This document shows positions 39,607-53,155 of a DNA stretch of 64,000 nucleotides, in pieces. The DNA lies in the NCBI RefSeq assembly GCF_964213995.1, contig NC_135803.1, positions 83,762,001-83,826,000 of the forward strand. Reading direction: 5' to 3'. The notes beneath the pieces are model-generated. The model worked only from the letters and a program-made list of their open reading frames with translations. It made no database searches and had not been told where the DNA came from. Both the position numbers and the translations under genes were made by a program. Within the stretch, counting starts at the first letter, position 1. Each line of letters begins with the position of its first letter. This DNA comes from Mustelus asterias (lineage: Eukaryota).

Positions 39607-40956
39607 ATTCTGATCATTCACTTTATCCATGCCCCTCATAATCTTGTAGACTTCTATCAGGTCGCCCTTCAACCACCGTCATTCCAGTGAGAACAAACCA
39701 AGTTTCTCCAACCTCTCCTCATAGCTAATGCCCTCCATACCAGGCAACATCCTGGTAAATCTTTTCTGTACCCTCTCCAAAGCCTCCACATCTTTCTGGT
39801 AGTGGCGACCAGAATTGAACACTATATTCCAAGTGCAGCCTAACCAAGGTTCTATAAAGCTGCAACGTGACTTGCCAATTTTTAAACTCAATGCCCTGGC
39901 TGATGAAGGCAAGCATGCCGTATGCCTTCTTGACTACCTTCTCCACCTGCGTTGCCACTTTCAGTGACCTGTGTACCTGTACACCCAGATCCCTCTGCCT
40001 ATCAATACTTTTAAGGGTTCTGCCATTTACTGTATATTTCTTATCTTTATTAGACCCCCTGCCAAAATGCATTACCTCACATTTGTCCAAATTAAACTCC
40101 ATCTGCCATCTCTCCACCCAAGTCTCCAACCGATCTATATCCTGCTGTATCCTCTGATGGTCCTCATCACAATCCGCAAATCCACCAACCTTTGTGTCAT
40201 CCGCAAATTTACTAATCAAACCAGTTACATTTTCCTTCAAATCATTTATACATATTACAAACAGCAAAGGTCCCAGCACTGATCCCTGAGGAACGCCACT
40301 TGTCACAACCCTCCATTCGGAAAGGCACCCTTCCACTGCTATCCTGCTAGTTGATAAGCAATTGAAACCATTTATTTCCCAGCAGATTTTTAGTTCCTGA
40401 AAATGCAACAGTTGCCTGCGTTTGGGAAGACATTAAACTGAAAACTCCGAGAAAGGGATGGCAGATTTAGCAAGACCTCCTTCTAGTATTTACAGTGGAA
40501 TCAGAGTGGAATCTGAGTGATCAGGAGAGGAGGAACTGCTCCTGCTATGGGCCAATCTGTATTGTAGATACTGGAGTTTTCAATGAGGAAAGTCAGTAAA
40601 CTGCATCAAGCGAGGATCAGACAACGCCAAAGTAGGTGACTGACTATGTTCTTCATACCCCTTGAAAGATTTGTTGCTGAGTCTCATTCTTAAAGAATTA
40701 TCAGTTCATTGCTTTATTTTGATAACTCCCTGGAAGATTTCCAGTCCGATTTTAAACTAGGAAACACTATACTCCTGATAAATAGTGAATGATAACAACT
40801 GAGGTAAAAATCATTTGAGTTATGGGACTATCTAGTGTCTATTATATGAGTGTAACTGCCATGACCATAAAGATGGCAGGTGCACAGTGAATTTAAACTT
40901 GTGCCATTTCCTCATCTAACCTTAGCTGTAATAGTTAAGAATGATATTTGCTGAGA

Positions 40957-41737
40957 CAAAGAACAAAGAAAATTACAGCACAGGAACAGGCCCTTCGGCC
41001 CTCCAAGCCTGCACCGACCATGTTGCCCGACTGAACTAAAACCCCTGATCCTTCTGAGGACCATATCCCTCTTTTCCCATCCTATTCATGTATTTGTCCA
41101 GACGCCCCTTAAAACTCACTATCATATCTGCTTCCACTACCTCTCCCAGCAACAAGTTCCAGGTACCGATCACCCTCTGTGTAAAAAACTTGCCTCGTAC
41201 CCTCCTTTAAAACTTGCCCCTTGCACCTTAAACCTATGCCCCCTAGTAATTGACTCTTCCACCCTGGGTAAAAGCTTCTGACCATTCACTCTGTCCATGC
41301 CCCTCATATCAGCTCGCCCCTCAACCTCCGTCATTCCAGTGAGAACAAACCAAGATTCTCCAACCTCTCCTCATAACTAATGCCCTCCATACCAGGCAAC
41401 ATCCTGGTAAATCTTTTCTGTACCCTCTACAAAGCCTCCACATCTTCCTGGTAGTGTGGCGACCAGCATTGAACACATATTCCAAGTGCGGCCTAACCAA
41501 GGTTCTATAAAGCTGCAACATGACTTGCTAATTTTTAAACTAAGTGCCCCGGCCAATGAAGGCAAGCATGCTGTATGCCTTCTTGACTACCTTCTCCACC
41601 TGCGTTGCCACTTTCAGTGACTTGTGTACCTGTACACCCAGATCCCTCTGCCTATCAATACTGTTAAGGGTTCTGCCATTTGCTGTATATTTGCTATCTC
41701 TATTCAACCTTCCAAAATGCATTACCTCACATTTGTC
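40957..41737 (-). mobile_element. CR1 LINE 3' fragment
   Basis: Same subfamily as the outer element at 36697. Confidence 0.92.
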
Positions 41738-42695
41738 GAAGACTTGAAGGAGACAACAGGTTTTTTTTCATATGAAAGACCCTCTTTCATTTGCTTCTCA
41801 GCCAGGTGCGTGGAGACTTGTCCATCTCTGTAACCTTTGTTGAGTTAGAAATAGAAGCCCTTTGTGAAAGTAGGTTTCCAAAAATGTAAGCTTTTCCAGG
41901 TTTTGCCCCTGGTTTCGGAATGTTTCAGGATCCTGTGTAAATGGAGATTACCAGTATTCAACAGGCTCAAGCAGAAAGCCCAGTGAGTAACTGAACTGGG
42001 AAAGTCCCAACTTTGATTGCTAGTTTGTGTTGGTTTAGCTGATGTGACCCAGAGCCTAGAGGGGTGAGGACAGGAGTGGGTGGGGGTGGTGCCAGGAAGT
42101 CTGTCATTGACCTCAGTACCACTAGGATAAGGGAACTGGAAAGCCATCTAGGATTCCGCACCTCTGATTGCTGTCCACTGAGTTCTACTGGATTGCTGCA
42201 TAAGAGAATGTCAGATGAGCCCAGGGAAAATTTCAGCTCTGAGGCACCCACATCATTGAACAGTCTGCAACACTTGCAGCTGAGGATCACTACCTTAAAT
42301 TACAGGAGTGTTTACTCAAACAAAGCCTCACTGCAGTAATAGAGGGGTGTCAGAGTCAGTGGAATTAATGAGGAAAGATTCTGTTTGTGGAAGTGTTTAA
42401 TGTCGGATAAGTTGAGGGTAAGTTCCCCACTGTCCCAAAGAGAATGTAACCCACAGAGTACATGTTGTGAGCCCATCTTTGACCTACTGCCCCTTTGAGT
42501 GTGGTCTCTTGCTTACGGATCTGTATATTAATCCTTCAGCTGCTGAGTTCTGCTTGGGCACAGAGCTCACACATCAGTGTTATAAAAGAAATGGATCATT
42601 GCAGCTTTGCCCATTACTTCCTTCAAATTGTGGCTGCGTGCTGCAGGATTTGCACCACAGATTATGTGCCTGAGTCATGGTTTTTATTAGTTTTG

Positions 42696-43542
42696 ATGTG
42701 GAGATGCCGGTGTTGGACTGGGGTAAACACAGTAAGAAGCCACACAACACCAAGTTAAAGTCCAACAGGTTTATTTGGTAGCAAAAGCCACTAGCTTTCG
42801 GAGCGCTGCTCCTTCATCAGGTGACTGGGAGTTCTGTTCACAAACAGGGCATATAAAGACACAAACTCAATTTACAAAATAATGGTTGGAATGTGAGTCT
42901 TTACAGGTAATCAAGTCTCAAAGGTACAGACAATGTGAGTGGAGAGAGCGTTAAGCACAGGTTAAAGAGATGTGTATTGTTTCCAGACAGGACAGTTAGT
43001 GAGATTTTGCAAGCCCAGGCAAGTCATGGGGGTTACAGATAGTGTGACATGAATCCAAGATCCCAGTTGAGGCCGTCCTCATGTGTGCGGAACTTGGCTA
43101 TCAGTCTCTGCTCAGCGATTCTGCACTGTCGTGTGTCGTGAAGGCCGCCTTGGAGAACGCTTACCCGAAGATCAGAGGCCGAATGCCCGTGACCGCTGAA
43201 GTGTTCCCCAACAGGACGAGAACACTCTTGCCTGGTGATTGTCCCGCTCGACAATCGGGTAAGCGTTCTTCAAGATGTCCTGTCGGGAGACAATACACAT
43301 CTCTTTAACCTGTGCTTAACGCTCTCTCCACTCACATTGTCTGTACCTTTGAGACTTGATTACCTGTAAAGACTCGCATTCCAACCATTATTTTGTAAAT
43401 TGAGTTTGTGTCTTTATATGCCCTGTTTGTGAACAGAACTCCCACTCACCTGACGAAGGAACAGCAAGCGCTCCGAAAACTAGTAGCTTTTGCTACCAAA
43501 TAAACCTGTTGGACTTTAACCTGGTGTTGTGAGACTTCTTAC
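42696..43542 (-). mobile_element. 5'-truncated Penelope-like element with inverted pseudo-LTRs
   Basis: GIY-YIG C-terminal peptide PVGEHFSGHGHS...EQRLIAKFRTHEDGLN; long inverted repeats; hammerhead motif in each arm; 14-bp flanking direct repeat TTTTATTAGTTTTG (42682-42695 and 43543-43556). Confidence 0.88.
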
Positions 43543-43910
43543 TTTTATTAGTTTTGCCAGCTATTTCGATGAACCTTAACCAGTTGATGTTGAGTCCAGG
43601 AACTGATATTTTCCCAAAGTTAATCCTGCCAAACCTAGCATTCTATGTGTTTTCTAAAACAGATGAGCCAATTATTGAATGGTTTGTTTAAGGAATTGCA
43701 GTAACATGGAAAGATGAATTAGATAGCTCCCAAAGAGCCATCAGAAGAACTATTGGCTGAATGGCCTTCTTCTGCGATGTATCATTCTGTGAAAACTTGA
43801 ATAAAATATGATGGGACATCTCAGCACTTTGGCATTGATTTCAACCAAATATTTATTCTCAGACAAAAGCATCTTACTGTTCATATTGTCGTAAGAAGCC
43901 AAGTTACTGA

Positions 43911-44237
<327 letters not shown>

Positions 44238-44362
44238 TAAACTGAGATTGCCAAGAAACTGCGTCTTTAAAGGGTTAATGCAGTTCATTCTGGTTAAGCA
44301 TTGCTTGACATATATATATATATAGAAACATTGCACCGTCCATTGGGAACTTCACTATTTTA

Positions 44363-45560
44363 GAAACATAGAAACATAGAAAAACTACAGCACAAAACAG
44401 GCCCTTCGGCCCCACAAGTTGTGCCGAACATATCCCTACCTTTTAGGCTTACCTATAACCCTCCATCCTATTAAGTCCCATGTACTCATCCAGGAGTCTC
44501 TTAAAAGACCCTATTGAGTTTGCCTCCACCACCACTCGCTGATTCCACTCGCCCACCACCCTCTGTGTGAAAAACTTCCCCCTAACATTTCCCCTGTACC
44601 TACCCCCCAGCACCTTAAACCTGTGTCCTCTCGTAGCAGCCATTTCCACCCTGGGAAAAAGCCTCTGAGAGTCCACCCGATCTATGCCTCTCAACATCTT
44701 ATACACCTCTATTAGGTCTCTTCTCATCCTACGTCTCTCCAAGGAGAAAAGACCGAGCTCCCTCAGCCTATCCTCATAAGGCAGGCCAATCAATCCAGGC
44801 AACATCCTTGTAAATTTCCTGTGCACCCTTTCAATCTTTTCCACATCCTTCCTGTAATGAGGCGACCAGAACTGAGCACAGTACTCCAAGTGGGGTCTGA
44901 TGAGGGTCTTATATAGCTGCATCATTATCCCCGGACTCCTAAACTCAATCCCTCGATTGATAACGGCCAGCACACCATACGCCTTCTTAACCACCTCCTC
45001 CACCTGCGGGGCCGATTTTAGAGTCCTATGGACCCGGACCCCAAGGTCCTTCTGACCCTCTACAGTGCTAAGAGTCTTTCCCTTTATATTGTACTCCTTC
45101 ATCCCATTTGACCTGCCAAAATGGACCACTACGCATTTATCTGGGTTGAAGTCCATCTGCCACTTCTCCGCCCAGTCTTGCATCCTATCCATGTCCCTCT
45201 GTAACTTCTGACATCCCTCCAGACTATCCACAACCCCACCAACCTTCGTGTCGTCGGCAAACTTACCAGCCCATCCCTCCACTTCCTCATCCAGGTCATT
45301 TATGAAAATGACAAACAGCAAGGGTCCCAGAACAGATCCCTGGGGCACACCACTGGTGACCGACCTCCATTTAGAAAAAGACCCATCTATATCCACTCTC
45401 TGCCTCCTTTGGGCAAGCCAGTTCTGGATCCACAGGGCAGCAGCACCTTGGATCCCATGCCCTCTCGCTTTTTCTAGAAGCCTTGCATGGGAGACCTTAT
45501 CGAACAAACGCCTTGCTGAATTCCATATAAACCACATCTACCGCTTTCCCTTCGTCAATG
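44363..45560 (-). mobile_element. Young CR1 LINE 3' fragment (362-aa ORF)
   Basis: RT motifs; highly similar to 37013-38560. Confidence 0.95.
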
Positions 45561-45637
45561 TGTCAATTTTGCATCTCTAATGTGTGGAGTCCAAATGGCT
45601 GAAGTCGACCAAACTGGGACACATTGAAAGAATTATT

Positions 45638-47305
45638 AGAACATAGAACATAGAAACAATACAGCACAAACAGGCCCTTCGGCCCACAGGTTGCGCCGGT
45701 CATGTCCCTACCTACCGAGGCTTATATATAGGCTTAACTATAACCCTCAATCCTATTAAGTCCCATGTACTCATCCAGGAGTCGCTTAAAAGACCCTATC
45801 GAGTTTGCCTCCACCACCACTGATGGCAGCCGATTCCACTCACCCACCACCCTCTGAGTGAAAAACTTACCCCTGACATCTCCTCTGTACCTACTCCCCA
45901 GCACCTTAAACCTGTGTCCTCTCGTAGCAGCCATTTCAGCCCTGGGAAAAAGCCTCTGAGAATCCACCCGATCTATACCTCTCAACATCTTGTACACCTC
46001 TATCAGGTCACCTCTCATCCTTCGTCTCTCCAAGGAGAAAAGACCGAGCTCCCTCAACCTATCCTCATAAGGCATGCCAACCAATCCAGGCAACATCCTT
46101 GTAAATCTTCTCTGCACCCTTTCAATCATTTCCACATCCCTCCTGTAATGAGGCGACCAGAACTGAGCACAGTACTCCAAGTGGGGTCTGACGAGGGTCT
46201 TATAAAGCTGCATTATTATCTCCTGACTCCTAAACTCAGTCCGTCGATTGATAAAGGCCAGCACACCATACGCCTTCTTAACCACCTCCTCTACCTGTGA
46301 GGTCAATTGAAGAGTCCTATGGACCCGGACCCCAAGGTCCTTCTGATCCTCTACACCGCTAAGAGTCTTACCCTTGATATTGTACTCCTTCATCCCATTT
46401 GACCTGCCAAAATGGACCACTACGCATTTATCCGGGTTGAAGTCCATCTGCCACTTCTTCGCCCAGTCTTGCATCCTATCTATGTCACGCTGCAGCTTCT
46501 GACATTCCTCCAACCTATCCACAACACCACCAACCTTCGTGTCGTCGGCAAACTTACCAACCCATCCCTCCACTTCCTCATCCAGGTTATTTATGAAAAT
46601 GACAAACAGCAAGGGTCCCAGAACAGATCCCTGGGGCACTCCACTGGTGACCAACCTCCATTCAGAAAAAGACCCATCTACAACCACTCTCTGCCTTCTG
46701 CAGGCAAGCCAGTTCTGAATCCACATGGCAACAGCCCCTTGGATCCCATGCCCTCTCACTTTCTCGAGAAGTCTTGCATGGGGGACCTTATCGAACGCCT
46801 TGCTGAAGTCCATGTAAACCACATCTACCGCTTTTCCTTCGTCAATGTGTTTAGTCACATTTTCAAAGAACTCCACCAGGCTCATAAGGCACGTTTTGCC
46901 TTTGACAAAGCCGTGCTGACTACTTTTGAGCATACTAAACTTCTCTAAATGTTCATAAATCCTGTCCCTCAGGATCTTCTCCATCAACTTACCAACCACT
47001 GAGGTTAGACTCACCGGTCGGTAATTTCCTGGGCTATCCCTATTCCCTTTCTTGAATATCGGAACCACATCCGCAATCCTCTAATCCTCTGGAACATCTC
47101 CCGTCTCCATTGACAACGCAAAGATCATCGCCAGAGGCTCTGCAATCTCTTCCCTCGCCTCCCACAGTAACCTGGGGTACATCCCATCCGGTCCCGGCGA
47201 CTTATCTATCTTGATGCTATTCAAAATTTCCAACACATCCTCTTTCTTAATGTCCACATACTCAATCTTTTCAGTCCGCCTCAATCCTGTAGTACAACCA
47301 CCCAG
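45638..47305 (-). mobile_element. Young CR1 LINE 3' fragment (444-aa ORF)
   Basis: Open RT domain from NYRPVSLTS to the C-terminus. Confidence 0.95.
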
Positions 47306-47591
47306 GGAGAAGAAATAACATTGAGAACACGATTAAATTTGTCAGAATGGAAACAAGCGACTGTAAGGGACAGTTTTGACTGTTATTTGAAATGAACATC
47401 ATAGGAATAATTAAACTAAAATATTGTAAGAAGGAGATGAGGATATGAAAAGAGCTGTATGTACCAGGTAGTGGGCAGGTAAATTGATTGATTGCTTTTG
47501 ACTGTTCTGAGTGGAGCTAGCTACTTTGAGCTTGCAATTTGATTGGCTATTCAATTCACAATGTTATTTTCTGGCCCATAATCTTTTGCAG

Positions 47592-47684
47592 AAAAGCTTG
47601 ACTCTGCCAATAAACTGCTGACCAGTAAAGAATGTGAGATCTCAGAAAATGGACAAAGCATTGTCAGCAAGCTCATTACTCAAA
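47592..47684 (+). CDS. AMOTL2: AMOTL2 coding exon 4 (93 nt; absent from the ORF track)
   Basis: ttttgcag|(E)KLDSANKLLTSKECEISENGQSIVSKLITQ|GTAAGT, phase 1 to 1; aligns with the angiomotin ERLE.AN segment. Confidence 0.92.
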
Positions 47685-47924
47685 GTAAGTTCATCATCCA
47701 TTCAAATTATATAACTGTTTTCAATACAAAAACATACGTACAAAGTAAGGTTCTTCTGGCTTGGTGAAGGTAACTGTTTGTTTAAACAAAAACATCAAAT
47801 TATTTTTCTTAAATTGTTCTTTGAGTTTTCAGACAGGTTTCAGATAGTTTCAAGTGACTTATCCAATAAAATATTTTTATTTGTTGTCCACATATTGAGG
47901 TAAGGTTAGAATTCTTAAAGAACT

Positions 47925-49125
47925 TTGACAAGGTACCGCACGGTAGGTTGTTGCATAAGGTTAAATCTCGCGGGATGCAGGGTGAGGGAGCTAAGTGGAT
48001 AAAAAATAGGTTTGATGACAGAAGTCAGAGGGTGGTTGTGGAGGGTTGTTTTTCAAACTGGAGATCTGTGACCAACGGTGTAAGAAAAGTTAAAACTCTT
48101 ACTGTGTTTACCCCAGTCCAACGCCGGCATCTCCAGATCATGACTACCAACGGTGTGTCTCAGGGATCGGTGCTGGGTCCATTGTTATTTGTCATTTATA
48201 TTAATAATTTGGATGAGAATATAGGAGACATGGTTAGTAAGTTCGCAGGTGACACCAAGGTTGGTGGCATAGCGGACAGTGAAGAAGGTTATCTCTGATT
48301 GCAACGGGATCTTGATCAATTGGGCCAATGGGTTGATGAATGGCAGGTGGAGTTTAATTTAGATAAATGCAATGTGATGCATTTTGATAGATTGAACCAG
48401 GGCAGGACTTACTCAGTTAATGGTAGAGCGTTGGGGAGAGTTACAGAACAAAGAGATCTGGGAGTACAGATTCATAGCTCCTTGAAAGTGAGTCACAGGT
48501 GAACAGAGTGGTGAAAAAGGCATTCGGCATGCTTGGTTTCATTGATCAGAACACTGAATACAGGAGTTGGGACGTCTTGTTGAAGTTGTACAAGACATTG
48601 GTAAGGCCACATTTGGAATACTGTGTCCAGTTCTGGTCACCCTATTATAGAAAGGATATTATTAAACTAGAAAGAGTGCAGAAGAGATTTACTAGGATGC
48701 TACCGGGACTTGATGGTTTTAATTATGAGAGGCTTGATAGACTGGGACTTTTTTCTCTGGAGCGTAGAAGGTGATCATATAGCTCTATAAAATAATCAAC
48801 TAGATAGTCAATATCTTTTCCCAAAGGTAGGGGGGTCTAAAACTAGAGGGCATAGGTTTAAGGGGAGAGATACAAAAGGGTACAGAGGGGCAATTTTTTC
48901 ACACAGAGAGTAGTGAGTGTCTGGAACAAACTGCCAGAGGTAGTAGTAGAGGTGGGTACAATTTTGTCTTTTAAAAGTTTAGATAGTTACATGGGTAAGA
49001 TGGGTATAGAGGAATATGGGCCAAATGCGGGCAATTGGGACAGGCTTAGGGGTTAAAAAAAAGAGCGGCATGGACAAGTTGGGCTGAAGGGCCTGTTTCC
49101 ATGCTGTAAACCTCTATGACTCTAA
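47925..49125 (+). mobile_element. CR1 LINE 3' fragment
   Basis: QGSVLGPLLFVIYIN and LVRPHLEYCVQFWSP motifs with stops. Confidence 0.92.
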
Positions 49126-50836
49126 CTTGCTGCTCCCTTCGTTTTCCTCAGCTAATCTTATCCCTATCCCTTCCTCTCCTTCCAACTCCTTCAGTGGGGA
49201 ATATTCCGTGTATTCTGCACCTCACTGTTCACAACCTCCATTCACATTCAAACAAAATGCATGTTTCTGGTGCATTTTGGACATGGAAGCCTGGTCAGCT
49301 TTACCATGGTCTTCCTCAAGTGCTGAGGCTAATGTTGTCTCTCCTTGTCCTTGTCTTTCTTCCTTAACCCTGAGTGATTAACACAACACTAGATTGATCC
49401 TGGGATCCTCCTGGTTTGAGCAGCTCAGCTAATCACTTGATGAGTCCATGGAGTAAAGGATCTTGGTTTATGCCATTGGTTTCAGCCAGTGTCAGCACAA
49501 TATGGTGCAATGTGATCTTTGATTTTACAATGCGTGCTGAAGGTGGGTTCTGTACCTCACCTCCAGTCTGGTCTGAGGAAACGTTGACCACTGCATCACT
49601 GATGGGTTTCAGCAATCAGGCTGTTGAAGGCAAAAGGCCCATCTCCCCAGTAACCAGTGAGCAAGATGGAACTATTACTAAAGATACCCTAATATAAAAG
49701 CAACATACTGCAGATGCTGGAATCTGAAACAAAAACAGAAAATGCTGGAACATCTCAACAGGTCATCCTGACTCAAAAATATAGCTCTCTCACAGATGTT
49801 GTCAGACCTGCTGAGTTTTCCAGTATTTTCTATTTTTATCAAAGACACCCTCATAGCTTTAAGTATAATGTTATCAAATAGTAGCCTCCCCTTCCCTTCC
49901 TGCGATTCCCTACCACTCCACTCCACTCTCAAAGGTACTCCAATTGGTAAATTCCTCAGGGTTTAGTTCAGTTGTACAAAGACAGTGAACAGCTTCAGGA
50001 GCTGAGGGCTAAACAAGCTGCTCTTGGCACAGGAACACTTATCCCCTGTGATAATAAAGGCAGTTTAAATTCCAAGCATACCTCAGGTGATTCTGGCTGT
50101 TGTGTCCCTCCCTCTGCCAATCCTCAAGCACCACTAATTTGCTCTTAAATAACATGGGCAGAATTAATGGACAGGTTAAGTTTATGCAGCATTATTAACA
50201 CGCCACTCACATGTACTGTATCATAAGCAGACATGTTTGCTCTTGCCCTTGCTAACGTGTCCTTGTGGTAAGGTCAGGAGGGGAGGCTGAGAGCAGGCGC
50301 TATTCACTGGCTGATTGGAATCTTTCGAAAGCTTCCAATCTCCTGAGAGCTGTGTTTGAGCCTGTGGCTGCTGCACTTTCCAAAACAAACAGCAAAGCAG
50401 ATATAATGCAACATCGAAAACAGACAACCCATTCTGCTCAAAAGGCTGACTGTTAAATTAAATGGCTAGGAATCTATCACATCTTTTGTTGGTTAATTTA
50501 GCACAAAAATCAATAATGTGTGGAGCTAATTGGTTACTGGTTAGTTATGAAAAACAGATATGAATGGCACTTTGACCATGCAATGAGCCTGATTTTACCA
50601 TTTTGAGTCTAAGTGCCGAATCTGGGCGTCAAATAGACCCGAGCCTGGAATCCTCTTTCCAGCGCGCCCATACGTGTTTTGCCGGCTCTGGTCCGATTCG
50701 CGCTGTGGGCGGGGCTTAGCGCTGCCGGAACAATCGGAGCTCTGAACTGTGCATGCGCAGTTTGAAAATAAAATCCGAAGCAGCGCGTCCGAGCGGGGAG
50801 AAAAAAGCAGAGAGAGCAGCTCTCTGACCCAGATCA

Positions 50837-51275
<439 letters not shown>

Positions 51276-51329
51276 CTTGCTAACGGAAGGATGGTGGAGG
51301 GAGACCAGCGATCGAGGTAGGTTGGGGGT

Positions 51330-51705
51330 GCGCTCTGCCAGGGGGGGTCTGATCCCGGGGGGGCCTGCCTCCCAGGGGGGTCCGATCCTGGGGGGGGGGG
51401 GGGGGTCTGCCGAGGGGCCTGCCTCCCAGGGGGGTCTGATCCCGGGGGGGGGGGGGGGGGGGTCAGTCGGGGGAGCCTGCCTCCCAGGGGGGTTTGATCC
51501 CGGGGGGGGGGGCGGTGTCTGCCGGGGGGGCCTGCCTCCCAGGGGGGTCTGATCCCGGGGGGGGGGGGGGGTCTGCCGGGGTGGTTAGCGGGGGGGTCCG
51601 ATCCCGAGGGGGGGGGGCGGTGTCTGCCGGGGGGGGCTGCCTCCCAGGGGGGTCTGATCCCGGGGGGGGGGGGGCGGTCTGCCGGGGTGGTTAGCGGGGG
51701 GGTCC
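51330..51705. repeat. G-rich tandem repeat (GGGGTCTGATCCCGGGG...CCTGCCTCCCA units) inside the transposon
   Basis: Visible repeated units with long G runs. Confidence 0.85.
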
Positions 51706-52924
51706 GCGAAGGATGGTCGAGGAGGATGGTGACTTCACAAGGGCAGAGAGGGCTTTGGAGGTTCCCCTGCAGAATAAAAATCTGCTTCCGACTTTTATTC
51801 TGCAGGTCGCTAAAAGCGCGGATTCGGAACGGGCCAGAAGACGGTAAAGTGGGATTTGGCGGTAGAGTTGGGCGCGCGGTTCATTAAGTTGATTTAAATG
51901 CATGCTAATGCATTTAAATCGTCAGGCCGCCCGATTCGGGAAATCGAGTGTTGGTAAAGCCGCGATCTGCTCGGAATCGGGTGCAGATCACGGTATAGGC
52001 CCAACGCCCAACTTTACCGTGATTTCGCGCCCAAAAACGGGCAGGAGGTTTTGGTAAAATCGGGCCCAATGTTACTGTCTGAATGCGTGCAGATCCTTTC
52101 TGCTGAACTAGGTATAAGCTGGAGGGGGGCATTTTGATTTTTCTAAAAAGATTCCTGGGTCAGATATTTGTAATGACATGGATGTCAGACGTTTGAGTCT
52201 CACAGCCTCACCTAGGCTTTGCCCAATGGCACAGGTCATTAATACACTGCCAAGTGTGGAGTTAACTGCCCTCAGCCAGAGGCACCAGTAAGACTTGTAC
52301 AATCAATGTCAGTACCTCTGAGCTAGGGAAGACTCCAGACCTCATGGCTGTGCAGTCACTGCTGTTGGAATGTGTCTGTGTGCTGGGATATAGGCTGCGG
52401 GGGATAATGTCCTACTTATGATGCATTCCTCACTGTGTTGAATTCCTTGCTCACTCCTCCCTCAGCTTCGCTCACTCCTCCTGTACTCCTCATTCCTTGC
52501 TCATTTCTCACATTGATGCATTCCTGGTTCAGATAAGCCTGCTGGCACTCACAGTCTAGATGTGTAAGCGACCCTGTATCAGGAATGGAAAGCAGCAATT
52601 TAAAAAGAGCGAGATCTGTTTCAGATTTATTGGGTGGTGCTATGTTTAATTTGAATTGTACATTTAAAGGTGGTAAATGTTTATATAGGTTTTTCGGTTT
52701 TTCTCTTCCTTTTGAGTGTGTACTGACAGGTGACTGTAGCAGCACAGCTAATGCCAGTGTTTGTCTGAACAATCATTGTTCCGCCTGGATGAATGATGCA
52801 GACAGCCTGAGCTCCAACCCCACCATGGCAGTTTGGAAATATGAATTCAGTTTAATATATCGGGAAATTAAAAGCTTGGATCAGTAAAAGTGGCAATGAA
52901 GCTGTCAGATTGTGGCAAAAATTC

Positions 52925-53155
52925 AACATAGGAACATAGAAAATATGGCAGGAGTAGGCCATTGGGTCCCTTCAGCCTGCTCCACCATTCAACTAGGCTG
53001 ATCTTCCCCCTCAAGGCCATTTTCCCCATGTCCCTTGATATCTTTATATTTGGAAATCTATCAATCTCTGCCTTGAAGGTACTCACTGACTGAGACTCCA
53101 CAGTCCTCTGGGGTAGAGAATTCCAACTGTTTACTATTCCTTCAGGGAAGAAAAC
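52925..53155 (-). mobile_element. CR1 3' end fragment
   Basis: CATAGGAACATAGAA tail and TFKAEIDRF motif. Confidence 0.7.

Larger units (their letters stand above)
36697..40347 (-). mobile_element. CR1 LINE (outer element), split at ~37012/39607 by a second CR1
   Basis: 3' end at 36697-37012 resumes at 39607; the uninterrupted junction is seen in the sister copy at 41255-41310; RT motifs GVPQGSVLGP and FADD. Confidence 0.88.
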
